A DNA stretch of 64,000 bases from Isurus oxyrinchus (taxonomy: Eukaryota): positions 80,166,001-80,230,000 of the forward strand of contig JANJGN010000020.1 in assembly GCA_026770705.1 (NCBI GenBank), given 5' to 3'. Below the pieces are notes generated by a model, which was not told the DNA's origin, made no database searches, and worked only from the letters and a program-made list of their open reading frames with translations. Shown piece by piece: positions 62,131 to 64,000 of this stretch (the first letter of the stretch is position 1; the number at the start of each line of letters is the position of its first letter). The translations under genes and the position numbers were made by a program.

Positions 62131-64000
62131 TTGTGTTCATCTGATAAAAGACTTTCAGTCTTTCTAATATCATGCAGTTTTATCAGAGACATTGGGGCTA
62201 AAAGGCATACAGCATCAGACATTGTTGTTCAGTATTAATATTGTTACTGCATGTTTATCTCTGGAACAGTATGTCACCGCGGGACTTTTCACATTTCACT
62301 GCAGTCAGAAGCTGAACAAAATGTCCCAGACAGTGGTCAAAGACTGAGACTCTTTAAAGCTGAAATTTGTCCCTTTAACTCGCCCAATTAGGATTATTCC
62401 CTGCAGGATTTTTGCTGTTCATGGACCATTAATTTCAATAATTCCTGGCATTTGGTTCACTGAGAGGGATTAAGAGTCAGTGAACAGAGGGAGTGTCAGA
62501 GTTGTTCTTTTCCTGACTCTCCATTTCCCGGTCTTTTAGTGAGGAATCGGTCACCCAGGGAATGTGTGTCCCAAATTCCGCACGATTCCCGTCTTTAACC
62601 ACTAAGTGAACTGAAAGCTGTCAGTTACTCCACTATCATCATCCTGGAGAGGTCATTGTGGTTCTCTGTTTAATCAACACAATATTAAACAAGGTTCACA
62701 GAAAATAACAAAATTCAGATTCAGGTGGGTATCAGGCAAAGGGGCAATGTGGGCTGTCTACTTTCTGATTCAGGTTCCTGAACCTTACGGAAAATGAATG
62801 ATATTTGTTGCATTGTTGTCATTGTGGTCGGAGGGCATACTAGATGAGACGTTTTACTTCCCTATGTTTTGCAAGGTTATCAGAATATTGTGGATTGGAG
62901 TCCTGCAATTTGCTTTTTGATCAATTCACGTAGATAAATTGCCGTGTACAGAAGTTCTCGCACACTTTGTGTGCAGAATAATTTTCCAATTCTCTCGGTA
63001 AAAATTCTGGTTTTAATTGTTTGACGGTGGCACTAGGTCCCAGATTCCCAGTCGGTGTAATAATTTTAGGCTGATCTTACTTGTTTAAAGTTAAAAAAAT
63101 AATTACTGAGTCCCTCCTGCAATCATGAGGAAGGACCTCGGTAAAGGAACAGTCATTGGGTTAAATATAGGGGCTGAGATGTGTTTTTTGGTCGGGAATT
63201 GAAGAGGATCAGGAGAGACAAACAGAATTGAAGAGAAGAAAACTGAAAATTGGCGAGAAGGAAGAGAGAGGATTATGAATGGCCTTCAACATCTTTCAAC
63301 AATTATTCAATGAAAGATCAAAAGAGAAATTAATCTCTGTGCCAAGGAGCTGCTGATAGTGCAGTGACAGGAAAATAGAGGTGGAATTAGGAGAATAATC
63401 GTGTTCACTGAGGTAGAGGCAATGGAGAAAGAAAAGAAAAGTGAGACGGCGTGGGAATGAAAGGAAGATCCTGAAAAGTTGCCGTCCAAAAGCAAAGGAA
63501 GAATGGGGAAAATGCATTTAATAAATTAACAAAATTATGACAGTGTTTATAATGTAAGTTAGTCTGTCATGTAACAGGAATATGCCGATTTACTTTCAGA
63601 TTATTAATGAACTCTACCTCGTTAGTCATTACTGCATTGAGTGTGGCCGATTCCTCTCAGTTTTAAAATATCGAATTTAATACACGCTGTCCTGGTTTCA
63701 AGCTATCAATTCACTGAAATTCAGAGTCAGCCCACTTGAAGTGAAAGAGTCATCATCGGTCTTGGGACACATATGGAACTGTAGGCTCACTGTTGGTGCG
63801 AAGGGCTGTTCCTTTCAAAGAAATCTAACATTCCGGAATCTCTCAAAGCAACCACGGATCCTGAATCTCCCTGCCGCTGAGACAAAATATTCACCTGCAC
63901 TTTCTCCAGCATATCAACGAATGTCCAACGTACGTTTCCAATCTTGTGTGCTTCCACTTATGAAGATAATGGAAATACACCTTATCCAATGTCTCCCGCT

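Overview
Eukaryotic, repeat-rich window. The repeat content (CR1/HER1-type LINEs, L2, RTE, Penelope-like elements, a SacSINE1-like SINE) points to a cartilaginous fish (shark/ray); this is inference. Almost all track ORFs are transposon fragments or noise. The one supportable intact gene is a two-exon GPR139-like class A GPCR, join(37734..37800,39362..40257), 320 aa. Four broken paralogues of a distinct GPR139-like subfamily lie at about 3.8, 9.1, 15 and 53 kb. They are interleaved with at least 8 decayed tRNA genes (Ser x2, Lys x2, Thr, Gly, Ile, Asp). Several tRNA and GPCR copies carry homologous flanks, so the region reads as a mosaic of segmentally duplicated GPCR and tRNA modules under birth-and-death evolution. 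Also seen: degenerate hammerhead-ribozyme-like cores in Penelope-derived repeats, 46-bp and 37-bp minisatellites, a speculative Schlafen/AlbA_2-like coding relic at about 60.5 kb, and a 136-N gap. All alignments were done by eye, so repeat boundaries are approximate.
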